Below, one piece after another: positions 41,197 to 63,127 of a DNA stretch of 64,000 nucleotides. Source of the DNA: Amoebidium appalachense (taxonomy: Eukaryota > Protista > Ichthyosporea); NCBI GenBank assembly GCA_963693365.1, contig CAVNZM010000012.1, positions 9,056,001 to 9,120,000 on the forward strand, read 5' to 3'. Every line of letters begins with the position of its first letter. Within the stretch, counting starts at the first letter, position 1. The position numbers were made by a program, and so were the translations under genes. The notes under the pieces are model-generated. The model was not told where the DNA came from, ran no database searches, and saw nothing but the letters and a program-made list of their open reading frames with translations.

Positions 41197-43015
41197 GCAA
41201 CAGCAGCAACCTATTCCATAGAGCATGAACGTGAGAATGCTTAGTGAAGCCACCGGAATCCAACAGCCCTGTTCCTTTCACTGCCTACAAGCAACTGCAC
41301 TGCCGCTTCAAGCCCAAACACATACCTTGGGTGCTGGTATGTGGGGCCGGAACCAAGGCACCACCGTCAGTGATGTTTTCCTCCATATTCAAGTTGGTTG
41401 GTGTGGAGGGGGAAAACCCTGCCATGCACAGGGTTGTAACGAATTCGATACAACGTTTATATAAAAACCAGCAATATAACAATGTTGTTCGAATAGTGAA
41501 CAAAAACCAGTAATAAACCTATCGGATTCCATGTGTTGTTCGGAAAGTAAAGGAAGTGAAGTGAGACACTTGGGCTTGTGCGCAAATAGTAAAAGGCTCT
41601 GCCCATGCACAAGATAAAAAATGCCGGAAAAACCTTATTTTGATAGTTGTTGGCGACATTTGAGCAGCGTAATCTTTTTTCTTTTGACTCAGTTTTATTG
41701 ATCCGTTGATGAAGGCAAAGTGCAGCCACAGGCTACATAACCACCAATAGAACTGAAAAAGCCAAAGCTACGAAATAAAAATAAAGCGACAAGTGACAAA
41801 GGACACCAGCGGGCAAAAAAGTGTACGTGTATGCGTGAAAATAGTTTGCTTCAACTAGTCATATGCATCGATGTTGACCAGACCACACTCCGCAAGAAGA
41901 CATCATTACTGCTGCTTCCCAACAGGCCCCCCTCAAAACCTACCGAGGCACAGCAAGCAAGTCAGCCTCTAAAAGAGCAATGCAGACCACATCTGAGCTA
42001 AAAACGATCCCAACGGGCCCGGCCCCTAGATAACTTGGAGAAACTGCATCTAGCTCTCTGATAAGATGGCATAGTTGTGGCAGGACACACAGAAAAGCAC
42101 AATTACAGAATGCATGCAAGCAAACCCGGTCATTGCATGCATGTGCGTGTCACGGATGAAAAAACAGTTCTTAGAAGTCTTGGGTATTTAATTGATGAAT
42201 TTCCGGGTCACCGAGACAAGAACAATCCGATCACAAGTTCACCCGAGACTGTATCTGTGTTGTGCTCAAGCCATTGCCGTACGTGATTTCAAGGATTTTT
42301 TTTTCTTTCTTCTCATATCTCCCCCCCCCCCCCCCCCCCCCCCCCTCCCCTCCATATCATCCCTCTCCCTACCTCTCTTTCTCCCAATCCTCTTACTCCC
42401 TCCCTCCCTCCCTCCCTCCCTCCCCCCCACCCCCCCCACCCCCCCCCCTCTCTCTCTCTCCCCCTCCCTCCCCCCCCCATCCCTGCCTCCCTCCCTCCCT
42501 ATCTCCCTCTCCCCCCCCCCCCCCTCCCTCCCTCTCTTTTGCTTCCTTTGAGGGGGGTGGGGGGTGGGGATGAGGAGGGAAGGAGCATGTCAAATTTGCT
42601 ACTGGCCACCGGTGGTGACAACACTTTGGGTTGCTCGTTTTGACGGAGATGCTGGTTGGATGTGGTCTACATGTGCGGTAAACCAGGTCGGTTGGTGTTA
42701 GAAGTGGTGCTACGGCGTGATGTTAAAAAAGGAAAAATATCCTAGTTTGCGGCTTATTTGCAATGCGATTGAGCTGGTCTAGTAGTGCTTTTTTTATGGG
42801 TTGTGTGTTGCCATTTCGGATTTCGTCAAGTTAATATGGCCATGCCATGTGTACTGTGGTTCTCTTCGTAATCCAGAGAATTAAGACGAAATGCCCGAGG
42901 TTCATACACTCAGTTTTGTTCAGCAGACATCATCCGCACATTTAGGGTTTCACATTCAGCGTTGTCACGCACACACACGTGCACTCATCCACACACACGC
43001 ACGCACGCGCGCGCG

Positions 43016-43057
<42 letters not shown>

Positions 43058-43529
43058 CACACACACACACGCACACATGCACAAATCAGTTCACTCACGC
43101 ACACGCACGCACACACGCACACACGCGCGCCGGCAAACATGCACGCACACACACGCACGCACGCACGCAAACACGCACGCACACACACACGCACGCACGC
43201 ACTCACGGACACACTCACGCACACACGCACGCCGCATACGAACGCACACACCCAAACACACGCACACCCTAAGGCACTCATTCCCGCGCGAGCACACACA
43301 CACACGCACGAAAGCACACACGCACACATGTATATGCACGCGCGCACGCACACACTTCCACACGCGCGCAATGTAACACGCAAGCACACCACACACACAC
43401 ATGCGAGCGTAAGAGAGCGCACACACGCGCGCGCACACACACAAACACGCACACACACACACACACACACGCGCGCGCGCGCACGCGCAAACACACACAC
43501 GCGCAAACACGCACACACACACACACACG

Positions 43530-46129
43530 TGAGTACTGATGAAGAACACGGCCTGCACATCGGCACAGGGATTTCTCCAGTAATGCATTGCTTTAGGACT
43601 TGCGTGGTCATTTTTAGGCCAAGAAAAATCTGAGGATCAATAAGGTAGCCAAGGAGGTCATTCCGCCTGGGGGCATATGCAGGGCCAGGTGTCAGGCAGT
43701 AGCAGCCGTGAGGTAAAACAGGCTATTTTGTTTTTTCAAACAAAAGAAAAACACAAAGACTCTGCGATTGACCTGCACTACCTACCACGGGCCAACCCGG
43801 TCATCTGGTGATATGGGCCAGTGGGGACCAACATCGGAACCAGTTCAACCCCGCGCCGGTTCGGGGCCTCATGAGAATTGGGGGGTGAAAGTTCGGTTGA
43901 GTAACTTTGAGCTATGCTAGGGCAAATGCCATGGCTACATGTGGGGAGAGATGCTGGCCTTGCCTGCTGTTAGGAACAATGAACGCCGCTGCTAAAACAC
44001 ACACACAGCTGCATGGTTGCCACGAGATCTCAGAGTTGCCACGTGCATCGAGGCATGCATACTCCCATCTCAGATCTATGTGGATTTCAATAGTATTCGC
44101 GAGGATGATTGGTCGACATTAAGTAGCTAATCAGATGCTGGGAAAGTGGCTCACGAATAGATCTGGAATGCGGCGCACATGCCTGCCCTCACACAGTTGC
44201 TCGGTTGCAGTCAAAACTGTTTGCGTCTTAACATATGTTTGCTTCAAACACAGCAGCTGTGTATAAACCAGGTTAAATAGGTGAACCAAATTGTTAAGAG
44301 CAAGAATAATCTAAGGGCACGAGCTTCTGTTAGGCTAGATACATACATACAGCTTGTAGCGGTGACACGCGTGCACACACAGGAACGAAGAATGGACAAG
44401 GTGATCACCCTCAACGTAGGGAGTCGTGTGTTCAAGACCACACGCACAACCCTCCTCACCGACAGCAGCTCAATGCTTGCGGCCATGTTCAGTGGGCGCA
44501 CACCTGTTGCTACGGACGAGCAGGGCCACGCGTTTATTGACCGCAACGGCGACCTGTTTGGGCACGTGCTCGATTATCTGCGCACCGCGGGAAACACAGA
44601 GGTGCTTCCGATGGGGACAGAACAACGAAGAAGACTTCGCATTGAGGCGGAGTTCTACGGCCTAGACACCATGGCGGCTGCGCTGAGAGACCCCACGCCC
44701 ATGGGCCCAGGCAAGGGGGTGGTGTTTACACGTGCACGCACCCTCATGGCCCTGCACGAAGAGATCACAACACGTGCATCCGAGGGCCTAACACTCTACT
44801 CGGTTTTCCCCTCAAACACATATCTCGGCCTGCTCTTCCACGCACCCACCCCCCACCCCACACCTGTCATCTTCGAGCGCACCCTCTGTTCTGCCCACCG
44901 TCTCAACAAGTTTCAGTCCCGCCCCGAGCTTGTGTTGTGGCTGCGTGGGTGTGTGGCTGACGGGTTCACGCACTTGCTGCATGCATCTGCCGTGCCTCGT
45001 TCCTCGGTCGGCATTGAACTGGGTTTGTTTGACCGCAGCTCCTCCGTGTTGCTCGTTATCATGGGCCGTCCCTTCTCCCCCGCAAACAAGCAGAGGACTA
45101 GCGCCGAACCTCGCATTGTGGACATTGCGTATGAGTTCTGTTCGGTCGGGGAGGAGGTTGGGGAGGCGATAGCCAAGAAGGCAGAGGTAGGATTTGAACT
45201 TGCGCACACGGCATCATATCAGAGGGGGGTGGCCATGTTCTTTGCTAGGAGGGTCGTGGAGCCTGCAGTGGAGATGTTGGGGTGAAGGGATCTCGGGTCT
45301 ATTAGCCGGGGTTGCTAATAGTGTGTGGAATAGGCAGTATACGTGTGCGCGGGACACTTGAACGAACACATCTGCTAATGCGTGTGTGTGTGTGTGTGTT
45401 TGTGTGCACGTGTGTGTGTGTGTCTGTGTGTGTGTGTGTGTGTGTCTGTGTGTAATTGTGCCTGGTGGAAGGCCGCAGTGCGGTTTTTATAATGGGATGT
45501 GTTTATTTGAGAGACCGGTTAATGTTGGTAAAAAGGGGGTTGCAGTGCTAAGAAAAACAACGTGAACATTTCAGCTCATACATACACACCAACAACACAT
45601 GTATACACATCATGCATACGTGAACACACGTGCACTGCGCACACGAACACACTCTAAACACACAAACTACTTGACGATGCAGACGCACAAAAACCATGCA
45701 GTGTTGCGTCAAAAATATGCACACCAACACATTTACCATGTATGGTTATTACTCGAATATAAACTGTACATTTGATTGGCCACAGCAGGTATGGCTGCGC
45801 CATGCCTCCACAATGCGTCTACTCACAGTGCTCTTACCATCAAATTCCAAACGTAATAAAAGTGTAACCTATGCAAACCACACTTGTACATCCTAAATTC
45901 CTAACTTCCATAGCGACATTTTGCATCCACAGCCTCAACCTGTGTCAGTAAAGCTAAACAGCCAGCGAAAAGAATAAAAGCGATAGCACGAACGTTTCAT
46001 ACAAGCGAGCCCAAGTGCGTCCTCAAATGACAATTAGCCAATCACGTGTGTGCACGTGCCAGCCGATCAGATTCAGTCCGCAGTGGTTTCTGCTGCTGGG
46101 GGGACAACAATCGGCCCTACTGCATCTCT

Positions 46130-46135
<6 letters not shown>
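43530..46135. repeat. Right arm of the large inverted duplication (partner 5145-8110)
   Basis: See left arm. The flanking low-complexity tracts mirror too: (CA)n 42960-43530 vs (GT)n 7720-8240, and G-rich 46130-46530 vs C-rich 4740-5145. Confidence 0.9.
44392..45285 (+). CDS. BTB/POZ (KCTD/T1-type) domain protein, copy B, 297 aa, intronless
   Basis: Same length as copy A, with 21 aa differences out of 297 by manual alignment and no disablements. Confidence 0.9.
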   Translation: MDKVITLNVGSRVFKTTRTTLLTDSSSMLAAMFSGRTPVATDEQGHAFIDRNGDLFGHVLDYLRTAGNTEVLPMGTEQRRRLRIEAEFYGLDTMAAALRDPTPMGPGKGVVFTRARTLMALHEEITTRASEGLTLYSVFPSNTYLGLLFHAPTPHPTPVIFERTLCSAHRLNKFQSRPELVLWLRGCVADGFTHLLHASAVPRSSVGIELGLFDRSSSVLLVIMGRPFSPANKQRTSAEPRIVDIAYEFCSVGEEVGEAIAKKAEVGFELAHTASYQRGVAMFFARRVVEPAVEMLG

Positions 46136-46160
<25 letters not shown>

Positions 46161-46823
46161 GGGGAGCGGGGGCGGGAAGGGAGAGGGGAGGGGAAGGGGG
46201 AAGGAGGAAAGGGACAGGGGAGGGGAGGAAGGAGGAGGGAGAAGGGAGGGGGGAGGGCGGGGTTAGGAGGGGAGGGGGAGGGGAGGGGGGAGGGGAAGGG
46301 GAAAAGAGAGAGGGGAGAGGGGAGGGAGAGGGAGAGGGGAGGGGAGGGGGGAGGGAGATGGGGAGGGGAGGGGGAAAGGAGGGGAGGGGGGGGGGGGGGG
46401 GAGGGGAGAGAAAGGGGCAGGGGGGATTGAGATGGAAAGGGGAGGGGGGAAGGGGGGGGGGGGGGGGAGAGAAAGGGGGGGGGGGGGGGGAGGAGGGGAG
46501 GGGGTGGAAAAGGGGGAGGGGGAGTGGGGAGTATTAGGCACAATCATTGGCTGGGGTACCCATACATGGTAGGCACCCACAGGTGATGTGGACTTGCATG
46601 ACTCAATAACGGACACGCGGGAAAAAAGGAGAAACAAAGGAAACAAGAGGGTTGGGGGATCGAGACAAAAAGACCCAAACATGAATGGGGATGGGATGGG
46701 CAATATGATGGCAATAGATCGTAGGCAGGATGGGTGGTGTTGTGCTGGATTGTGTTGCTGCATGCACATCCGGCGTTTGCGCTTGTGTGCATCCGTATTC
46801 GTGTGTGTGCATGCCGGTGTCCA

Positions 46824-46901
<78 letters not shown>

Positions 46902-46966
46902 TGAGTGAGTGAGTGAGTGAGTGAGTGAGTGAGTGTGCCTGTGTGTGTAAGTGTGCCTGTGTGTGT

Positions 46967-47087
<121 letters not shown>

Positions 47088-47575
47088 CGCACGCGCGTGT
47101 TTATGAAGTAAGACGCAGGGTGGGGGTGGGGTTAGGGTGTTGTGTGTGTGTGGGGACTTTGGGCGGGGGGGAGGGGGGAGGGATATATATGATAGGCAAT
47201 CGGGCGTGAAGAAATCAATACTAAGAATGGTGTTGGTGGTCCAGAAGCCAGGGGTATTGGTGGAGGAGTGAGTGACGAGCGAGGTGAACGAGGAGGGTGG
47301 GTGTTGGTGCCGTGCGGGTGTAGATATTTGGTGGTGGTGATGGTGGGGTGTGGGAGGGGGGGGGGGGAGGGGGAGGGGGGGCATACTTTTGCGTCTGTGG
47401 CGGGGAAAACGTCTCAGAGAAGACCTCCTGTTGGGAGTGTTAGCCAATCGGATACGATATCTACGAAATCCGTGGGAGGGCAGGGAAAGAGGGGTGAGGG
47501 AAAGGCAGGTAGGCACAGTTCAAATCAAGAGGAGAGGGGGCTGAGAGGATGTGGGTGAATTATCTCGTCCATGGT

Positions 47576-50210
<2,635 letters not shown>

Positions 50211-50495
50211 CTGTGTGTGTGTGTGTGTTGGGGGGGGGGGGGGGGGGGGGGGAGGGGAGGCAGGGAGGGAGAGAAGGGGGAGGGATGGCTGTGTGTGAGC
50301 TTGCACGTATGCGTGTGTGCCCCCGTGCGGGTGTGCCCGCACGTGCTTGGCTGTGTGGGTGCCGGCAGGTGTTGCACTTTGGCAGGTGTTGCAAGGGCAG
50401 GAGGTAAGCCAAGGTTGTATTGTGCCGCCGCCGGCGGCGGGGGAGGGGGGGGGGGGAAGCGGAGAAGAATGGATACTGCCAAATCAAAAAAATTA

Positions 50496-50534
<39 letters not shown>

Positions 50535-51407
50535 AATGTACCCAGACGGATGAAAAAAAACGGCTGGGCGGGGAGGATGGGGGAAAGGGGGGGGGGGGGG
50601 GGGGGGTGGAGGGGGGAAGGGGGAGGTGGTTGTGGCGGGGAGAAAAAAAGTAGAGGCAGGCACCCGGGGGGGGAAGGGGGGGGGGGAGGGGGGGGGGGGG
50701 GGGAGGGGGGGGGGGGGGAGAGGGGGCAAATATGGTGCGCGGAGGGGAAGGGGGGGCAGGGAGGGGAGCGGTGGTGTGGAGAAAGTAGAAGCCGGGGGGA
50801 GGAAGGGGGGGGGGGGGGGGGAGGAGGTAAGCTAAGGAGACCATTGGGGCTTGGTTGGTAATCTAAGAGAAACATAAGGCAGAGAAGAGAAAAGGCATAG
50901 AGTGGGCGGCGAGGGGAGGGGGGGGGGGGGGTGGGAAGGGGGGGGGTGGTGTGGCACTGTGACTTGTCAGAGGTGAAAGCAAATCTGGGTGTGGGTTGGG
51001 GTGATGTGTGAGGGAGCGCGAGGAGAGGGGCAGAGGGGGAGGGGGGCTTGCAGGGTTGGGAAAAAAGACAAGTGGGAATGGACGTGGGGTGGGACAAAGA
51101 GGCAGCAGTGATTCAATTCTATCTAATGGGGGGAGGGGGGCTGGCTGTCAGGATCCATCGGTCCTACCGACTCTTAACTGCCAACACAAACATATACCCC
51201 ACGTAGCACACAGGCAACACGAGGACGCATAAATCACACAATCATCTATGAGCGCGATATGAATGCACACACCTACACACAGGCGTACACATAACTCGCG
51301 CACATCTCACATCAGGCCGGGTGTGAATACGGACATACACATAGGCACACATACACACGCAGGCACGTGCACACACGCACGAGCACACACGCATCGTCCC
51401 AGGAATG

Positions 51408-51607
<200 letters not shown>

Positions 51608-52302
51608 AAAAAGGCACTATAACACACATATCTCCTGATCGCATACAGGCAGACACGCACCTGTGCTCTGTCTCCTCCCATCCATCCACAACACAGACCG
51701 CAATCGAAGTAAATTTCCTCCCCCAAGGAACATTGTTGCACCAAAAATAAGACAGCCGTGCTCTCGCCACAATCCTTTGTGTGTTCTCTTTTCAGACTAA
51801 GGTATACTCTGTAGTAAGGGCAGTGATGTATATTGCAGCGCGTGTGAAAGAAAAAAAGTCGCAGGCCCGTGCTTGTGTTTTCGGTATCGTGCTGCCAAGC
51901 ACTGAAGCTGTACAAGCTGGTTGTGTCTAGACAGGTGGTATGACACTCAACAAAATGTAGGTCACACGTAACCCAGTCAAGAGTGGCCAGAAAGAAAAGG
52001 TAAAACAGTGTGGATGTGGTGCTTTGATTTTTTGTCGCAGTTACCAGCCCATAATATATGTAGGCGTTAGACCTGAAACTTGCGTCCTGCACGTGGTGGT
52101 AACCGTCAAGTGGCATAAAGCGCAGCTGACTGAAAAGAAACAAAGCACTGCAGTCAACTGCACACAGTGGCTCAGTGTTGTGATGCTCTAAAAGCCAATC
52201 AGATCCCATGCCCGTGACGTCATGCCCTCCTTTGGACCTTCGTTCCCGGATCCGTCGTATGATGGTGTCACAGCTGAAAGCATGTGTATTGCAGCACATG
52301 TG

Positions 52303-52432
52303 TGAAATAATAGTATATTGTTCACTCCCTCCCCCCCCCCCCCCCCCCCTCCCCCCCCCCCCCGTGAAATAATAGTATATTGTTCACTCCCCTCCCCCCT
52401 CCCCGTGAAATAATAGTACATTGTTCACTCCC
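52303..52432. repeat. Three copies of GTGAAATAATAGTAYATTGTTCACTCC separated by C-runs
   Basis: Copies at about 52303, 52364 and 52405. Confidence 0.85.
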
Positions 52433-52461
52433 CCCCCCCCCCTCCTCCCCCCCCCCCCTCC

Positions 52462-52542
<81 letters not shown>

Positions 52543-52650
52543 CCCTCGGCTGCCACCAACACCGGCCACCACATACATATAAAAAACACGTGCATGCACC
52601 ACACACACATGCACATACCCAAAGGTTTCATTCATTGTTTGTTACCAGCG

Positions 52651-52700
<50 letters not shown>

Positions 52701-53057
52701 CCATGCGCATGTACCTCCACCGCACCCATCATTCCAGGGAGCCAAATACGTCAAGTTGCACGTTGCGGCTAATTTTAAAAATTTATTCACTTAATATTAG
52801 TGGTGCGTATTAGATAACGACTGAAGGGCATCGATTTGGATTTCATTCGACTATGTCTCTGCAGCATTCGGGGTTGGGGCATTTGTCAATCGACTAAATC
52901 AATATTAATGCATAGTATGTGTGTGTGTGTGTGTGTGTGTAAACCTACACGCGTGCGCACGTGTGTCCGTGTGTGTGCGCATGCCTGGGTGGCTATGCGT
53001 GTGGTTGTGCGTGTTTGTGTCTGTCCTTGTACGCGTCTATTTGTACAAGTGTCTCTG

Positions 53058-53088
<31 letters not shown>

Positions 53089-53303
53089 CACTTGTGTGTT
53101 GGTGTTGTGTAGGTGTGTGTTGGTCTCGTGTGTGTGTGTAAGTTTGTGTATTGTCTCCCTCTCTGTGTCTGTGTGTGTGTGTGTGTGTGTGCAGTGTCTG
53201 TCCGTGTGTGTGTGTCTCTCTCTCTGTGTTAGTGAGTGAGTGAGTGAATAAGAGTGTGTATGTGTGTCACGCGAGTGCACATAATGTGTGCACGTGCCAA
53301 GTC

Positions 53304-57675
<4,372 letters not shown>

Positions 57676-59572
57676 GTGGTTACTGTGTGCACTCGGCAAA
57701 CAAACGCACGTGTTGCGACGGTGGAATAAACGGTGGCTTAAGGGGTCAATTGCGAGTGGAGTAAAACCAATGGGCACGAAAAGGTCAAGAGAGTGCTGCA
57801 AACGGGTTTTCTTTCCTGAAGTGTGTGACGGGAGAAAATACGAGGGAAGGAGGGGGCCGGCGGAGGGGGGGGGGGACACACGACGCACCCACGCAGGTGT
57901 GCACACACCCTAAGGACGCATCGTCCTATCCTCCCACGTGCACACAACCAGGCAGCCAAGAAAACACGCACAAGTTCAGCTCCATGTCACCGCACGCAGT
58001 TACGCACGCAGTGGGCAAGATGGGGAGGTTGTGCGGGGAGTAGGCACCCTAGAATTAACACACACAAAAATAAAAGGATAGGGGCCAGATGTTGCTTTTA
58101 AACCGGGCACGACAAGACAGAATCACGCACACACGCACACAGCCCACACCAAGCCCACACTCGCACACACACAGTTGCCCTCTCTGTTACCCACCACGCG
58201 TATGCTGTCCATTATCCCTCTGCTTGATACGAGTCTCTGTCTTTCCAAGTATATGGGGTGGCAACCGTTTAGAGCCTTAGGCTTGCTGGTGTCTTAGACA
58301 CACTGGGGTTGTATGAGCCAGTGCTAGCCCTAGCCAGCACGATCGGTACAAGTGCTTACAAGACCTATGCCTCCTCTTATTTGGGCACCACAGACACTGA
58401 GCAAATCCTGAATTATTGCTTGACTATGGTTCAACTCGGTGCGTAGTCTAACACACCTGCAACCATAAAGGTCTTTTACCAGCTCTCTCTTTGCTCTCCC
58501 TCTCTCACTTGCACACTACTGACAGCCACACGGACACAGAACCGAAACGGCGCTTCACATTCCAAAGTGATGGCGCAAACAGTACTGCATTAAACCACGG
58601 CCGTCCCGAAAAATCTATTTTTATCTTTCTATGTTTAGTAACACCCTTACATTTTGGTAGCATCACTATCCCCTGCCACGGATCAGCCGAACCTTTCAAA
58701 GATTCAAAGATTCGATCGAACGTGAGCCTCGGGCCGTCATGACTCATGAGCTGAAGTTGGCGTCAAGTCAACTTGGCGATTGGATGAACGAAGAGCCACT
58801 CAGCGATGAGATGCATTGGAATGCAAGCCAGGACGAGGTCTTGTCTGTACTCTAATTTTCGCGTGCATTGCTTTCATTAAGTAGAAAGATTGCTGGTAAA
58901 TGCTGTTTTGTACTCAATACTTCATGCCTCATTTCTTTACAAATTCAATCTGGCATCTTATAAAACAAGTGTACAAGTGTACAAGTTTGTTGCCTGAATG
59001 AATTTTATTTATTTCGTCATTATAATTGGTTCGCCCCTGGACTCGAGCACGTAGGATTTCTCGAGGCCACGACTCGAGCCGTTCATCCAATAGCAAGCAA
59101 CCCTGGCACAAACGCTCCCATACCAGTTGTACACTACACATGTGAAAGTGTGCCTGTTCATGCTGTTTGAGGTTCAAATTTTCTTGGGTGGAGAAAATGT
59201 GATGCTATTTACTACTTATCTTTTTTGAACTTGGTAAAAGATCAGCGTCGTCTTCTCAGTTTTTATCACCGGGGGGCGTGTGTGATAGTGCACATTCGGG
59301 TGTACCGGTGACATACAGTATACATATGCATGGGGCTTCAACCTGTTTACTCGAGGCAAAGAGAGACCAGCTCAGGTATGGGGGGTTTTTGCTCGGAATA
59401 TCCCCTCAGCGGTATATCATGATCACGTACAAAGCTGTCGGGTGATGATTATATATCAGGGTTTACTTTCTCTACGAGACACCATAAAGAAAAATCAATT
59501 AGTTGGGGTTCCCCGGTTTTTTTTTTTTTTTTTTTTTTTCCGGGCTCCCCTGGGACACTCGGTATCAGCTGG

Positions 59573-59701
<129 letters not shown>

Positions 59702-60332
59702 CGCGCGATAGAATTTTGTAATGATGTGTTTCTCATGCCAATCAATACATCTAATAAACAGGTCGTAGTTTCGCGTGTTTAGTATAAGATCAAGGATGTT
59801 GTACATAATTTTCAGGTAGGCTATCGTTCTGGGTGTCTGTTGTGAATGTGACGTGTGTGTGTTGCGGTATTATCTGGTCTATCAAACTACGATACACGAC
59901 CGTTTAAACTGGTGTGTGTGTGTGTTGTTTGGGCATGCAAACGATGCTTATTAGATCTCCACTGTATAGCATGCATATGTGTACAGTAACGTGGTATGTG
60001 ATCAATAATGCCATCAGCTAGAGAAAGACCAATTCTACAGGCCTAGGAAGGTACCGGTAATATGTATTTAGGTGTTACACATTTGCGAGTGCCATATATG
60101 CATATTTGGCCATATGGTTAAGGCGGTCATTATATATAAAACGAGACACTTGGCAGTTTTTCAAGGTGTATGTTTTTGTATGCTTTCATCGGGTCTGGTG
60201 TCGTGTGGTATCATTTTCCATTTTTTGTATTGCGTAATTATCTTGTGATTGTGTACATGTCGACGTCTAATAAGTAAGTGGCCGCTGAGTCCAAAGTCAC
60301 ACGCACACTTTTGCGGGGTTTATTTGTAGCAG

Positions 60333-60620
60333 CTATTGGGACCAGACCATATATCGAGAGCGTTGCAGGCCCAGGTTTACAACAGCAGTGTTAGATAGAA
60401 AGGAGGCAACTTCTGCTTCAAGGAAATTTGCCAAGGGTTTAAGCGCTCTAGTTCTCTCTTTCTTGATCCAAGCGGCGAGAAGGGGTAAACCATATATATT
60501 CACATGCCGGGAAGACAAAAGTGCGAATAAATGTAAGTCTAATAGAAGGATGGAGGGGCGTGTCTTTAAAAATTAGACACACCCCTTCATCTAATATTTT
60601 TGCATGTGAAACCAAACCCA
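60333..60620 (-). mobile_element. Degenerate LINE ORF2 (reverse-transcriptase thumb region) fragment
   Basis: Across a frameshift it reads IFKDTPLHPSIRLTFIRTFVFPACEY/YGLPLLAAW, resembling the post-RT motif (RL..+..F+.P..EYG) of non-LTR elements. Confidence 0.45.
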
Positions 60621-61550
60621 AACATGGTGCGGCTTGGCTTTGGCAAAAAAGATCTCTCATCGATAATATCCGACGACCAATTGCAAAGTAATTCATGCAC
60701 TACCTCAACAATGTATTATGACACAAACTAATACATCAATAAAAACATTTTCAGGCATATTAGATATACCTGTATATATTTTGTTCCCATCGTTCTATGG
60801 TCATCTCGCGTCTTTTCGAACACCAGCAAAATGCGCATCATGAGCACATGCCGCCGCCGGATTCGGAAAAGCCGCTGGCCGAGGGGCATTGTGATTGGTT
60901 CGGAAAGCACCAAGCGTTCTTGGAGGGTGTGTCTGTCTGAACTTGAGTGGTGCGTTTTTGAAGTGGTACTGGTGCACGTGAGGCATGGAAAATGTGTTGT
61001 TTGTTCGCTTTTTTTTTTCAGTGCCGTGCTGCTGCGGAGTGCAAGCGTAGATGCCTATGTGGGTTAGAACGTGGTTTCTACAACTTATCACTCTGAGATG
61101 GGGGACCAGTGAACTTCACACATCATATTATCCCGAGAGAAAGCTGGTGTAGTAAAAACAAAAACAAACAGCTCTATGTACATAGAGTAGGTCTACCGTG
61201 TGCCACAAGTTGCAACCTCATAGCCTAGATCTCATGGCCCTACATTACGCAATAGCTGGTGCTGCCCTCATTGAGGTGAAAGTACTCGTGTAAGCACGTC
61301 CTACCCACACAACATCGTAGGCCCCTTTTACCACACCTGGCTCGGCACATCTCCAAATTGTTTCTGACCTTTACTATTATTATTATTATTACCACATACC
61401 TCACGAAGAAAACCTTTATACTCTGTCCCCATCAACAAGTTACGTAGCTCGTGTGTGTACGCCACCAGCTAGTTCCAGCACTTTCCACCTCCCATGGCAC
61501 CGCGTATTGCCTGCACATAGCCCACAGGCGGCCTCCCGGGCACCACGGCC

Positions 61551-62892
61551 ATGAGGCGTCACATGGCTGCGCTCCTATTGGCTGCCCACACCTTCTGGGC
61601 CACTGCTGCACAGGGTAGGTGGCTCATGGGGGAGAGATTCGGGAGGAAGCCAGGGGTAGGAGTGGAGAGGGTGGGAGGGGGGAGGGGGGGGGAGGGGGGG
61701 GGGGGAATGGAGCTTTGGTGTGTCGATCTTCAACTGCAATAGCTTGCACCAATTGCTCGAGATGCAGGCTGCCCACCGTAACTGAACGTCTATGTTTCTA
61801 AGTTTCTGGTGTGGGTTGGATGAGCTTTTTAGTCGGTTGACACTGCCCTGAAAAGATTAGAGTTGCCGTGTGCATTTATTGATGCGTGTGTGGGTGGATG
61901 GGTTCATGGGTGGATTCGAGTCATTGGATGTGTATGGGTGGTTTGCGCGTAAGTGGGTGTGGCTTGGTATGTGCACTGTGTGTGTGTGTCTGTGTCTCAC
62001 TAAGTGGGTGGATGTGAAGGTATGGTTAAGGCTGTATATGCGTTAAAGCTTGCATGTGCGCCTGTGTATGTGTGTGCACGCGCACGGTGCTAGTACCCGT
62101 TGCTACTTGGCTCAATGTTTATGTTGCCACTGTGATGGTGGCTCTTGCGATGTCGCACCTTTTATTGGACATCTTCCAGATGCTACGTGTGACTGTGTGC
62201 ACGGGTATTTGGACTGTGTGTATGATGTGCTTATACTGTGTGCAAGCATATTTTTACTGTGTGGTGGTGTTTGTATTGTGTGCATGTAGGGCATTTATAC
62301 TCTGTGTGGTGTTTGTACTGTGTGCATGGGTCATTTATACTCTGTGTGGTGTTTGTACTTTGTGAATGGGCCATTAATACTCGGTGTAACGGTTTGTACT
62401 GTGTGCATGAGGCATTTATACTCGGTGTGATGTTTGCACTGTGTGCATGGGGCATTTATACTCGGTGTGGTGTTTGTACTGTGTGCATGAGGCATTTATA
62501 CTCGGTGTGGTGTTTGTACTGTGTGCATGGGGCATTGATACTCGGTGTGGTGTTTGTACTGTGTGCATGGGACATTGATACTCGGTGTGGTGTTTGTACT
62601 GTGTGCATGGGACATTGATACTCGGTGTGGTGTTTGTACTGTGTGCATGGGGGGTTTGGTGTGTCCAAGGTACATGTAGGTATGTTGTGAGCTTTTTTGA
62701 CTGTCTGCGCATTTTTATTATCGAAGTACCCACAGAAACCCCTTTATAGTGGGCTCTGTTCAAGTGTCTTCTGCCTGCACACTTTTGCTTTGTTCCATTT
62801 CTAATTTTTTTAATTCGGGTTTTCATTGTTGTGACGTTTGGTATTTTGCCCTTTGGTGCCTCCTCCGTATTTCCAACCCTGCAATGCACACA

Positions 62893-62955
<63 letters not shown>

Positions 62956-63068
62956 ACGCACACACGTTCACTCCAAAGGTGTGGGTCACATCTTGTGTTC
63001 AACTGTGTTTTTAAATGTGAATCTATTTGCCAATTGCATGGTTTCTGCTCCATGCCGAGATCTAACAG

Positions 63069-63127
<59 letters not shown>

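Noticed and set aside
62255-62652. CRISPR-like array (also 52303-52432 and 1365-1443)
   Set aside because: Head-to-tail minisatellites with no unique spacers, no cas genes, and a eukaryotic context.
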